DNA of 32,000 bases from Candidatus Minimicrobia sp. QA0096 (GCF_963967315.1 NZ_OZ017288.1:300001-332000); one strand, 5' to 3'. Positions 6,767 through 18,515 are shown, counted from the first letter of the stretch. Program-made: numbers and translations. The notes: generated by a model from the letters alone, not told the origin.

Positions 6767-7852
6767 TTATCTGGTCGAGGTTGATGACAATCCGCTCGAA
6801 TACCCTTCCATAAAGCCTTCTATAAACTCTTTCAAGCTTTCAGCGTCCGACGGCGCCTTAATCTCCTCAGACTTGTTCATGTTAATGTCAAATGAAATCT
6901 CTACAGATACCTTCTTGCTATCACCTTTCAGCTCTAGGGCTTTCAGTTCATGAGATGACCTATCAACCCATACTTTCAATGAAGCTGTGTCAATAGATGA
7001 TGATCCACTACTCTTGTAGCTATTAGATTTTCCACACTTACTGAGCGCCTTACCGACTGATGAATTCTTAAACTCATCATTAAATTTCGACAATTTACTG
7101 TTATCGCCCTGCAGTTCAAAACCGCGTCCGCCGTTACGATCACTAATCTTTGAATCTTTTATAGTGAAGAAGCTATTCTTTTGATAAATCTGAGCCAATT
7201 CCTTACGTGCACTTTCGTCACTTTGGATTTTCTTCAGAGCGTTAATTCCACACTTGTATTCGCTACCGATTTCATCTGGAGAAATCTTCATCCACGTGTC
7301 GCTCATTTTATCTATCTCAGAACTCATCTTCTCCAATGTCTGATCGCGGTAAGTTTCTATTTGAGATCTTGATAGATTTCCGCTAGATGAAGACTCCATA
7401 ACTATCTCAAGCAAAGTGCCATACAACTCCTTGAAGTTATTTATCTTCACATATATCGTCCCATCATCGCCAAGAACCATATCACCATCTAGCGGAATAC
7501 TCTTTTCGACCCCTTTGATATTAAGCTTAGCGTCAATATTCGCCTTTGACTTTCCCGAATCAGTAGCAGCCTTTACGTTTAGCTCTATTTTCCCCCGGTC
7601 GCGCATGTCAATAACTACCTTACCGTCGGCAGTCATCTTCTTTGCCATAATAGCATTAGACACAGCGTCCGTAACCATCTTTTCTGGATTCTGCCACCAC
7701 AAGAAATAAACTAGTACAGCAGAAATAATAGCAATAAGAGCCATAACCCCCAGCACTATACCAATTATCAATCCCGTTTTCTTCTTTTTTGGTTGCATCG
7801 GTACGCCATTATATTGTGGCTGCGGTGCAGGTTGATTACCTTGATCCATCAT
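6767..7852 (-). CDS. hypothetical membrane-anchored protein (N-terminal P/Q-rich tail, one TM, K/S-rich ectodomain)
   Basis: 361-aa ORF with TM segment GLIIGIVLGVMALIAIISAVLVYFLWW. No family recognised. Confidence 0.7.
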   Translation of the reverse strand: MMDQGNQPAPQPQYNGVPMQPKKKKTGLIIGIVLGVMALIAIISAVLVYFLWWQNPEKMVTDAVSNAIMAKKMTADGKVVIDMRDRGKIELNVKAATDSGKSKANIDAKLNIKGVEKSIPLDGDMVLGDDGTIYVKINNFKELYGTLLEIVMESSSSGNLSRSQIETYRDQTLEKMSSEIDKMSDTWMKISPDEIGSEYKCGINALKKIQSDESARKELAQIYQKNSFFTIKDSKISDRNGGRGFELQGDNSKLSKFNDEFKNSSVGKALSKCGKSNSYKSSGSSSIDTASLKVWVDRSSHELKALELKGDSKKVSVEISFDINMNKSEEIKAPSDAESLKEFIEGFMEGYSSGLSSTSTR

Positions 7853-7891
7853 TCCCCCTTGTTTTATATACCTTGAATTTAATACATCACA

Positions 7892-9181
7892 TTAATCTTT
7901 AAATTGTGAGAAAAATTGGTTTTTCCTAGCAATCCACTCCGGCGTTTGCCTGACTAAGTATTTATCGTCCTCAGTGCTATGAAGGTTGATTTTTATAGAT
8001 TCCTCTAGCCATACGCCGCCGCTTGAACCCTTAAACAGAGCAACGCCTTCGGATTTCAATTTGTCGCGTACGAAAGACCCAGCCTCGATGGCATTCTTAC
8101 ATTCCTTCACCTGGCAACCTTTTTGACGAGCGGCCGGCGCCAAATATTGATTAGCCTTCTCACCAACCGTCACAACCCAATCCAACAAATCCGGGCTACA
8201 ATGAGAACCAAGTTCAGCGTGAGCTTGCTCAAAAATCCCCTTTAAGCCATTCATATTGCCAAGCACAGCAATTCGCTGCGGAGTCTCAATTCGATACAAA
8301 GACTGCAAAGCCGCCAAGGCAGTCAACGGCGTCGAACTATAGCTATCATCAATCAACCAAGTATTGTCCGCACCCTTCAGCAAATTCATCCTGCCAGGCA
8401 GTGGACGCAAATTCTCTATACCTTTTTTTATATTATCCTCAGTTTCACCAAACGCATACCCAATAGCCGCCGCCACGATCGCTGGACGAATATTGTGCTC
8501 GCCGATTAGCTTAACATTGACTTCTAATCCATTAGGATTTTCTGGCGACATAATAAAGCCGTGATGTCCATCTTTCAGGGAAAAATTACGATCGTCAAAA
8601 TTATACTCCGCCACAGGATCACTTCCGTAAGTAGTGATATTAGGATTCGTCAAAAAACTAGCAAAACGCCCGTCGATGTCATCGCGATTTATCATCGCCA
8701 TTCGCGAGAAATTCGCCAACGAAATCATCTCATTCGCCACTTCCTCCAGGGAATATTCAACCTGCATTCGACCATTCGTCACAGAAGTTACAACCGTAAT
8801 ATCTGGCACAACATAAGCCTTAAACCAATCGTTATAGCCAAGTTCCTTTGGATTAAATTCCTGAACAATTACCTGAACTTCCGGTTTTTCGGCCTTAATT
8901 CTCTTCTTTACGGCGCGCATCACTTTCCACCATTTGAACAAGCCTTTTTCAGGCATTTTCACGCCCATCATCTGAAGGAAAACGTCAGCTTTCGTCTTCG
9001 GCTCTTCATTGCGAAGTTGAATATCAAATTGTTGCGCCAAAACCGTACCGATAGCTATTTTTGCGCTAGCCTTTCCGGCACTACCAGTTATTGCCACAAG
9101 CTTCACATCTGGATGAACAGCAAAAAATTCTCGCACTAATTTTGCTAGTTTTTCTTCCCTTTTTTTTGAAACAGTAACCAT
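7892..9181 (-). CDS. Mur ligase family protein, MurF-like (UDP-MurNAc-peptide ligase family), lacking the usual N-terminal domain
   Basis: The P-loop ITGSAGKAS lies at residues ~31-39. Also present are MurF-like LPGRMN, IDDSYSSTPLTALAAL and VLGNMNGLKG. Confidence 0.75.
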   Translation of the reverse strand: MVTVSKKREEKLAKLVREFFAVHPDVKLVAITGSAGKASAKIAIGTVLAQQFDIQLRNEEPKTKADVFLQMMGVKMPEKGLFKWWKVMRAVKKRIKAEKPEVQVIVQEFNPKELGYNDWFKAYVVPDITVVTSVTNGRMQVEYSLEEVANEMISLANFSRMAMINRDDIDGRFASFLTNPNITTYGSDPVAEYNFDDRNFSLKDGHHGFIMSPENPNGLEVNVKLIGEHNIRPAIVAAAIGYAFGETEDNIKKGIENLRPLPGRMNLLKGADNTWLIDDSYSSTPLTALAALQSLYRIETPQRIAVLGNMNGLKGIFEQAHAELGSHCSPDLLDWVVTVGEKANQYLAPAARQKGCQVKECKNAIEAGSFVRDKLKSEGVALFKGSSGGVWLEESIKINLHSTEDDKYLVRQTPEWIARKNQFFSQFKD

Positions 9182-9187
9182 AACTAT

Positions 9188-9196
9188 ATCATACCA
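9188..9196 (-). promoter_or_regulatory. extended -10 element of the Mur ligase gene (leaderless)
   Basis: The minus strand reads TGgTATGAT (9196-9188), atagtt, ATG (9181). Confidence 0.5.
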
Positions 9197-9210
9197 TAAG
9201 CACTATAGAA

Positions 9211-9301
9211 GAGCTGCTACGCGCCCACCCGGGGCATATTTGAATATGTGTTTGTCTTTCAATTGGCAAGCATAGGAGAATGCCCCTATGCGTACCAGCT
9301 C
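9211..9301. other. ~90-nt nested-stem structured element between ligA and the Mur ligase gene (ligA terminator or small RNA; identity unknown)
   Basis: In the outer stem, GAGCTGCTACGC (9211-9222) pairs with GCGTACCAGCTC (9290-9301) at 11 of 12 positions. In the inner stem, GGGGCAT (9231-9237) pairs with ATGCCCC (9280-9286). Confidence 0.3.
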
Positions 9302-9356
9302 ATGTTTAATTATGCATTATCGTCCAAAAAAACACAAGCTTTATATCTCACTGCGA

Positions 9357-12450
<3,094 letters not shown>

Positions 12451-12452
12451 AA

Positions 12453-13328
12453 TTACATCTTTGTTGCGTTATTTCTCAACCTTGCAATTCTGTCTTCTAG
12501 CGGTGGATGAGTACTAAATAGTTTTGAGAAAAATCCGGGCTTCAAAGGATTATTCATGAACAAATTGGCAGTGGAAGAGCTTTGTTTTTGCATTGGTCTG
12601 CCGTATTGGCGCAATTTCTCCAGCGCGCTTGCCAGCCCTTCAGTGTCTCGTGTCAATAGCACTCCCGAAGCATCCGCCAGATATTCACGCTGTCGACTAA
12701 CCGCCAATTGAGTTATCGTTGCCAAAAGCGGCGCCAATATAACCACGATCAGCCCGAGAGCATAGACAATAGGATTAACATCACTATCACGGTCGTCACT
12801 ATAAAACATCATTCTCAGCGCCAGGTCTGCAAATAGACCAATCGCGCTAACCAGACCAAAAGCAATCATACTCACGCGGATGTCGTAATTTCGCACGTGG
12901 CTCATTTCATGCGCCATAACCGCCTCCAGCTCTCGCTTGTCCATGATGTCTAAAAGCCCAGTAGTCGCACCAACGATGGCGTGATTCGGGTCGCGACCAG
13001 TCGCAAAAGCATTTGGAGCTGGATCATCAATGATATAGACTTTCGGCATCGGCATACCAGAAGCGATAGACAAATTTTCCACCACTCGCCAAAGTTCAGG
13101 AGCGTCATTTTTACTAATTTCCTGAGCGCCAGTCATCATCATAGCCAACTTGCCAGCTATAAAATATTGCAGCCAAGCATATAACATCGCACATATAAAA
13201 ATGACGAGTGCCAGTGAATAGCTATCAGTTGCCGCTCCAATAAACAGACCGATAATTCCAATAATTATCACAAACACAGACATAATTAATATTGTGTTGC
13301 GTTTGTTTTGAGAAACTGCATTGTACAT
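12453..13328 (-). CDS. htpX: M48-family zinc metalloprotease HtpX
   Basis: Contains the HEXXH motif (AHEMSHV), N-terminal TM helices and the typical HtpX length of 291 aa. Confidence 0.9.
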   Translation of the reverse strand: MYNAVSQNKRNTILIMSVFVIIIGIIGLFIGAATDSYSLALVIFICAMLYAWLQYFIAGKLAMMMTGAQEISKNDAPELWRVVENLSIASGMPMPKVYIIDDPAPNAFATGRDPNHAIVGATTGLLDIMDKRELEAVMAHEMSHVRNYDIRVSMIAFGLVSAIGLFADLALRMMFYSDDRDSDVNPIVYALGLIVVILAPLLATITQLAVSRQREYLADASGVLLTRDTEGLASALEKLRQYGRPMQKQSSSTANLFMNNPLKPGFFSKLFSTHPPLEDRIARLRNNATKM

Positions 13329-13334
13329 ATGCTA

Positions 13335-13343
13335 ATTATATCA
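13335..13343 (-). promoter_or_regulatory. extended -10 element of htpX (leaderless)
   Basis: The minus strand reads TGaTATAAT (13343-13335), tagcat, ATG (13328). It lies directly after the lemA terminator. Confidence 0.5.
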
Positions 13344-13344
13344 A

Positions 13345-13375
13345 AAATCGCCCGCTAAAAATAGACGAGCGATTT
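13345..13375 (-). terminator. intrinsic terminator after lemA
   Basis: AAATCGCTCG / CGGGCGATTT forms a 10-bp stem with one mismatch. On the minus strand it is followed by TTTTT. Confidence 0.6.
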
Positions 13376-13391
13376 TCATTTCGAGGTTCAA

Positions 13392-13961
13392 TTAGAACTT
13401 TACTTCAACTGGATTTTCGACGCTTGCACGGTCTTCAACGTCAAAGAATTCCTTAGCTTGGAAGCCAAACATTCCCGCGATAATGTTTGTTGGGAAAGTC
13501 TGAATCTTCGTGTTTAAGTCGCGAACGCCACCGTTGTAGAATCGGCGAGCTGCTTGGATTTTATCCTCAGTGTCAACCAATTCCTGCTGCAATTGCAAGA
13601 AGTTCTGGTTTGCTTTCAATTCTGGGTAAGCCTCAGATACGGCAAACAGGCTCTTCAACGCGCCCTCCAAGGCATTTTCAGCCTTGGCGGTTTCAGCCAC
13701 GCTGCCAGCATTCATGATTGCTGAACGAGCTTCTGTGACCTTCTCAAACACTTCTTTTTCGTGTGTAGCATAACCTTTTACCGAGTTGACCAAATTTGGG
13801 ATCAAATCAGTTCGGCGCTTTAGCTGAACAGTAATGTCGCTCCACGCCTCTTCTACGCGGTTGCGCAGTACCACTAAGCTGTTGTACGCACCGATTACAA
13901 CTCCTACGAGTACTAATAAAACTACCGCTGTAACAATAAGTACAATTACCAATGGACTCAT
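13392..13961 (-). CDS. lemA: LemA family protein
   Basis: An N-terminal TM helix is followed by [33 protein letters not shown], which is typical LemA. It is paired with htpX, as is common. Confidence 0.9.
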   Translation of the reverse strand: MSPLVIVLIVTAVVLLVLVGVVIGAYNSLVVLRNRVEEAWSDITVQLKRRTDLIPNLVNSVKGYATHEKEVFEKVTEARSAIMNAGSVAETAKAENALEGALKSLFAVSEAYPELKANQNFLQLQQELVDTEDKIQAARRFYNGGVRDLNTKIQTFPTNIIAGMFGFQAKEFFDVEDRASVENPVEVKF

Positions 13962-14009
13962 TTCTTACCTTTGTCCCTTTCCTATTCAATATTATTTTCT
14001 TTACAACTT

Positions 14010-14095
14010 TGGTGCGCAAGGCGGGAATCGAACCCGCACGACTTTTGGTCAAGGGATTTTAAGTCCCTCGCGTCTACCAATTCCGCCACTCGCGC
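14010..14095 (-). tRNA. tRNA-Leu (anticodon TAA), class II with long variable arm, CCA encoded
   Basis: The acceptor GCGCGAG / CTTGCGC is followed by A-CCA. The anticodon loop is CTTAAAA, the T-loop is GGTTCGAATCC-type, and the D-arm is GCGGAATTGGTAGACGC. Confidence 0.9.
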
Positions 14096-14181
14096 TTATT
14101 TATATACAATCCAGACACCTACGCGCCAGACTGTCTATATTATACTATATTCGCCAAGTAAATTGTACAATTTCGCAAAAT

Positions 14182-14208
14182 AAAAAATAGCCCAATACTC
14201 AGGACTAT
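14182..14208 (-). terminator. intrinsic terminator after tRNA-Cys
   Basis: The minus strand reads ATAGTCC-tgagtatt-GGGCTAT followed by TTTTTT. Confidence 0.6.
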
Positions 14209-14219
14209 TTATCAAAAAT

Positions 14220-14293
14220 TGGAGGCACGTACGAGAGTCGAACTCGTCTAAAAGGTTTTGCAGACCTCTGCGTAACCGCTCCGCCAACGCGCC
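14220..14293 (-). tRNA. tRNA-Cys (anticodon GCA), CCA encoded, U73 discriminator
   Basis: The acceptor GGCGCGT / ACGTGCC is followed by T-CCA. The anticodon loop is CTGCAAA and the T-arm is ACGAG-TTCGACT-CTCGT. Confidence 0.9.
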
Positions 14294-14361
14294 ACCACTC
14301 TTATTATATCAGATTTTGTAAAACATATCACGAACAGATCATCTAATAGCTGTAATATGTT

Positions 14362-14449
14362 TGGTGCGAGCGAGAAGACTTGAACTTCCACGAGCGCAAT
14401 GCTCACTAGCCCCTCAAGCTAGCGCGTCTACCAATTCCGCCACGCCCGC
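14362..14449 (-). tRNA. tRNA-Leu (anticodon GAG), class II, CCA encoded
   Basis: The acceptor GCGGGCG / CGCTCGC is followed by A-CCA. The anticodon stem-loop is CTAGC-TTGAGGG-GCTAG. The D-arm is the same as in tRNA-Leu(TAA). Confidence 0.9.
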
Positions 14450-14473
14450 ATAACCACTTACCATTATACCCGA

Positions 14474-16264
14474 TTACGGGGTTTTGTAAACGGACTTTTT
14501 CTCTGTCGCCCAATATTGAACATCAACATAGCGATCGACGGGATTGACAACTTCGGTGCTTGCATCGAGGGCTTTAACGTTCCGAATATGGATATAGTCA
14601 AACTTCGGCTGATACAAGGCAATCGCTGGGGCGTCTGCTTGCCAAGTGGCAGTAAACTTCGCGTAACGATCAGCGCGTTGCTTCGCTGAGATTTTAGATC
14701 GACCACTTTCCAGAGCATCGTCCGCTATCGCATTATTGTAATTAGAGAAATTCAAACCATTGTTGGTTGCCTGTGAAGAATGCCAATAGGCGTAAACATC
14801 AGGGTCGCCGCCCAAGGAGAGCTCATAAACCAGCACGTCAAAATTGCGCGGCTGCAAAACTGTCTGAAGAATATTTTGAGTGGCATCATTTGGATCGACA
14901 ACTTTAATATCCGATTCTATATTCAGCTCGTCATACCAAACTTGAGCCAAGTATCTGGCAGCCTTTTCGTAATTGCTATTCTTCAAAACGACTACGTTGA
15001 GCTTTAACTTATCATTTCCCTTCTGGCGAACATTATTCACACTCTTCCAGCCCTCAGCATCCAGTAGAGATTTCGCTTTTTTAACATCATAGCTAGCAGA
15101 GTTCGAGCTTTTTCCTAGGAATTTATTAAGCGTTGGACCAGATAGCTCTTCCGTAGACAATGACAAAGATTGACGTAGTTTGGACGTATCGACACTGAGC
15201 GACAAAGCTTGACGAACAGCTTTTGATCGCAAGAACTGACTGTTGTTATTAAACAGCGCGTAAACTCCGTTATTCAAAGAATGCGCTTCTGCGGTATACA
15301 TAGATTTTACCTCGGCGGATTGATCGTTATAAATCAATTCTGGAGTTCCTGTAATTTCTCGCGTACGCAAACTTTTCGCAATATCATCCTGCGTCGGATA
15401 CGCGTACAACTGGAATCGCTCTAACTTAGGCGTGCTGCCATAATAATTGCTGTTCGACTGCAAATATAGCACTTTTTTACTGCCATCGCTCGTTACATTC
15501 TGCAACAACCTAAAGGCGAATGGACCGCTGGATATAGGCGACTTATTAAAATCATGTTCACGTAAATTCGACGGCTTAACATCTTTTAATATATGCTTAG
15601 GAATAATCGGGAACGTCAAAGCGTGGACAAACGGCGAATATGACGACGGCAAGATAAACTTCACCGAGTCATCAGACACTTTCTCGAATTTTATAGACTT
15701 CCAGCCAGATATCTCAGCTCCAACTTCTGGATTCGCTAATAACTTCAACGTAAAAATTACATCGTCCGCCGTTAGATCTTGCCCGTCTGACCACTTCAAT
15801 CCCTTCTTCAGCTTAACCGTATATTCAGTTTCTTTATCGTTCACGCTGATGCTGTCCGCCATGTCAGCCTTTATATTGCCCGTTGAGTCATATCGATACA
15901 AACTTGAAAATAGCAATTTCGCGGCGGATTTTTCAGCATTGGTTTTTGCGAAAATCGGATTTAGATTCTCTAAAGGACCCAGCACACCCTCAGAATATGA
16001 TCCGCCAGAAGTGTACGCCATTGTCGCGAAAGAATTGCGAGAAATATGCCACTGCACCGCACTGGCGCCAATCATCACCAATACTAGAATAATCCAAACA
16101 GAAACTCGACGTCGCACATTAGACAAACGATCTAACCTGGATGTCACGAATTTATGTGCATGACGCAAGCTCCCCTTTTCAATCTTGCGCAGACGCTTAT
16201 TGACATCTTTGCTGGAAACTTTTAGCCGCGCAAAACGATTCCATGACGAATTATCCGAGCTCAA
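14474..16264 (-). CDS. ABC-transporter substrate-binding protein, family 5 (peptide/nickel, OppA/DppA-like), membrane anchored
   Basis: Contains the family-5 signature region YTVKLKKGLKWSDGQDLTADDVIFTLKLL and an N-terminal TM anchor (VSVWIILVLVMIGASAV). The start is TTG 16264, with AGGAGA 6 nt upstream. Confidence 0.85.
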   Translation of the reverse strand: MSSDNSSWNRFARLKVSSKDVNKRLRKIEKGSLRHAHKFVTSRLDRLSNVRRRVSVWIILVLVMIGASAVQWHISRNSFATMAYTSGGSYSEGVLGPLENLNPIFAKTNAEKSAAKLLFSSLYRYDSTGNIKADMADSISVNDKETEYTVKLKKGLKWSDGQDLTADDVIFTLKLLANPEVGAEISGWKSIKFEKVSDDSVKFILPSSYSPFVHALTFPIIPKHILKDVKPSNLREHDFNKSPISSGPFAFRLLQNVTSDGSKKVLYLQSNSNYYGSTPKLERFQLYAYPTQDDIAKSLRTREITGTPELIYNDQSAEVKSMYTAEAHSLNNGVYALFNNNSQFLRSKAVRQALSLSVDTSKLRQSLSLSTEELSGPTLNKFLGKSSNSASYDVKKAKSLLDAEGWKSVNNVRQKGNDKLKLNVVVLKNSNYEKAARYLAQVWYDELNIESDIKVVDPNDATQNILQTVLQPRNFDVLVYELSLGGDPDVYAYWHSSQATNNGLNFSNYNNAIADDALESGRSKISAKQRADRYAKFTATWQADAPAIALYQPKFDYIHIRNVKALDASTEVVNPVDRYVDVQYWATEKKSVYKTP

Positions 16265-16274
16265 ATCTATTCTC

Positions 16275-16511
16275 CTATTTTTGCAATCCCGGCAAAATCA
16301 TACTTGCCAAAATCGATAGCACAAAAATCACCGCAAAAACAATAGTTACATCAAACAAGTTTTTATCAAATCCGCGACGAGTAGTGAATAATTCCCCAGA
16401 CGAGCCGAATCCTGCACCTAAGCTTGCGCCTCGTTGCTGCAACAAAATTGCGATAATCATCAGTACGGCAGATCCAAGCGTCACGTACGGTAAAATTGTA
16501 TCAATTGACAT
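16275..16511 (-). CDS. secG: preprotein translocase subunit SecG
   Basis: 78 aa with two TM helices. The motif LLQQRGASLGAGFGSSGELFTTRRG is typical SecG. The SD AAGGAG is present. Confidence 0.85.
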   Translation of the reverse strand: MSIDTILPYVTLGSAVLMIIAILLQQRGASLGAGFGSSGELFTTRRGFDKNLFDVTIVFAVIFVLSILASMILPGLQK

Positions 16512-16512
16512 A

Positions 16513-16887
16513 TTACTCCTTTTCTTCCCGCTGCAAAACCAGCGCGCTACTTATAATATAGTTTACCAAACTCAATATAATCCCGGCAATAATTGAATGC
16601 GCAAAAGTCATAGAAATTCCTGGCGCCAAAGCGAGCGAGATATAAACCATAAAGCCGTTCACAATTAAGGTGAACAGTCCTAAAGTCAGTAGAATTGCTG
16701 GCAGAGCTAAAATTGTAACAATTGGCTTCAATACGCTATTCACTACCGAAAATATCAACCCCGCTATCATAAACGTCCACACAGAAGTTGCGCCCGGAGT
16801 TTCATTTCCAAGTAGCCGCACTGCAACCCAAATACCTACCGAGTTAAGAATCAGCCGAATCAAAAACGTTGCAAATTGTCTTTTCAT
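16513..16887 (-). CDS. phage holin family protein (4-TM Phage_holin_4_2/YvlD-like)
   Basis: The sequence NSVGIWVAVRLL...FSVVNSVLKPIVTILALPAILLTLGLFTLIVNGFMV matches this family. The start is moved to ATG 16887, which has TATAAT 7 nt upstream. Confidence 0.75.
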   Translation of the reverse strand: MKRQFATFLIRLILNSVGIWVAVRLLGNETPGATSVWTFMIAGLIFSVVNSVLKPIVTILALPAILLTLGLFTLIVNGFMVYISLALAPGISMTFAHSIIAGIILSLVNYIISSALVLQREEKE

Positions 16888-16937
16888 TAGTCTTATTATA
16901 TATAATTTATGCTTTATTGTCGATTGGTCGCCCAAAC

Positions 16938-18515
16938 TTACGACAAGCGCTTAATCAAATCTGCTTTTCTCGTGCCAACTTCTGCTTGCAATTCTGCATA
17001 ATCCGCCTCGATAATTTTTTTCACACTACCAAACTTTCTCAACAATTTAGCGCGCGTCTTTGGACCAATCCCCGGAATTTCTTCTAGTTGGTTTTTCGTC
17101 TGATTTTGACGCTTCAGCGTTGTATGATAGCTCACAGCAAATCGGTGCGACTCGTCACGAATCCGCTGGAAAAGCTTGACAATATCTGTCGTCGCAATAG
17201 AACTTTTTGTAAAATTGTCCCGGCTGGAACCGTCATCAATAGCAGAGCCTCGTAGATTCTTTGAATGAGATCCTGCGTTGCGCTGAGCAGGATGCAAATT
17301 TACCACATACACATCATTGTCTTCGTAAATAGCGATGTCCTGATGAATAGATTTTTGCAACTCTTCAATGCGCGTTACGTCAATTTGCGAGCCAGTTTTA
17401 TGAATAATAATTTCTTCCTCACGCTTAGCGATGCTAATAATCGGCAATTTTATTCCGCGCTCATCCCTTGCCTTAATCGCCGCCGAAAGTTGACCCTTTC
17501 CGCCGTCAATCAACAACAGATCCGGATGACCCCAGCTTTTGATATTTCGCTCGCCAAGTCGCCTAAAAATCACCTCGTACATATTTCCAGTATCGTCGTT
17601 TTTTTCACCCACCTTAAATTTGCGATATTCCGCACGATCGCTCGCACCATTCGTAAAGACCACCACACTCGCCACAACTTGATGTCCGCTCATATGCGAA
17701 ATATCATAGCCCTCAATTCGCACTGGAATATTTTTCAAGCCAAGTAGTTTCGCTAAATCAGCTAGCGCCTTGTCTTTTGAAATATCCAAAAATTCCTTAT
17801 CGCCAAACATAACGCGTCGCTGAAGCTCTCGCATGGCGCGCAACTTATTTCTCAGACTTGCCGCCCGCTCAAAATCGTGAAGTCCCGCAGCCGTTTTCAT
17901 ATCACGCTCCAACTCCACAGCAACAGCCTTGCGATTTCCCTTGATATAACTTATCAATTTACGCAAACCAGCTTTATACGCGTCCGAACCATCACTTATC
18001 TTCGGACTTAAGCCCAAATCTTCATCCAACTTTGATTGACCAGGTCGTCTTTGGTGAGTGAGATATGGAAAAATTCGCCTCAAATAGCGCAATGCCTTTT
18101 TCAGAGCGAAACCATTGTAAAATGGACCAAAATAATCCGCACCATCATCGGCAGGGTTCCGCGTAAAACTGACCGTCGGCCAATCGCTTTTCATATCAAT
18201 CCGAACATACATCTGAGATTTGTCGTCGCGCAGCAGAACGTTATATCGCGGCATATATCGCTTGATCATCTCGCTTTCCAAAAATAGCGCATCAACCTCA
18301 CTCTCAGTTTCGATCCAATCAGTATCAAAAATCTCCGCCACCAGCGCCATAGTTTTATTATCTCGCCCGCGCGAATCTTGAAAATACTGACGTACGCGAT
18401 TTTTAAGAACCGCCGCCTTGCCAACATAAATTACCTCGCCGCTCGCCGACTTATGAAAATAAACGCCGGGCGTTCGCGGCAAAGTTTTCAGCTTGGCTTG
18501 CAATGCTTGATTCAT
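16938..18515 (-). CDS. uvrC: excinuclease ABC subunit C
   Basis: Contains a GIY-YIG domain (GVYFHKSASGEVIYVGKA), a UVR domain (HDFERAASLRNKLRAMREL) and a C-terminal (HhH)2 (IPGIGPKTRAKLLRKFGS). At 525 aa it is somewhat short for UvrC. Confidence 0.95.
   Translation of the reverse strand: MNQALQAKLKTLPRTPGVYFHKSASGEVIYVGKAAVLKNRVRQYFQDSRGRDNKTMALVAEIFDTDWIETESEVDALFLESEMIKRYMPRYNVLLRDDKSQMYVRIDMKSDWPTVSFTRNPADDGADYFGPFYNGFALKKALRYLRRIFPYLTHQRRPGQSKLDEDLGLSPKISDGSDAYKAGLRKLISYIKGNRKAVAVELERDMKTAAGLHDFERAASLRNKLRAMRELQRRVMFGDKEFLDISKDKALADLAKLLGLKNIPVRIEGYDISHMSGHQVVASVVVFTNGASDRAEYRKFKVGEKNDDTGNMYEVIFRRLGERNIKSWGHPDLLLIDGGKGQLSAAIKARDERGIKLPIISIAKREEEIIIHKTGSQIDVTRIEELQKSIHQDIAIYEDNDVYVVNLHPAQRNAGSHSKNLRGSAIDDGSSRDNFTKSSIATTDIVKLFQRIRDESHRFAVSYHTTLKRQNQTKNQLEEIPGIGPKTRAKLLRKFGSVKKIIEADYAELQAEVGTRKADLIKRLS

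Noticed and set aside
9211-9301. Assigning the structured element to a known RNA family (SRP/4.5S RNA, riboswitch, 6S).
   Set aside because: I cannot find the conserved SRP apical motifs or any riboswitch core by eye. The element also lies upstream of the predicted promoter of the downstream gene. Its identity is left open.
15447-16163. Long antisense ORFs: 238 aa opposite the SBP gene, and also 5038-5604, 6274-6723, 8561-9139, 10212-10739 and 17265-17747 opposite leuS, the Mur ligase gene, ligA and uvrC.
   Set aside because: Each lies entirely inside a confidently identified gene on the other strand. Their translations are low-complexity with odd composition (rich in I, F, S, N, R). None has a start context with a -10 or an SD. 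They look like shadow ORFs arising from codon bias of the sense genes.
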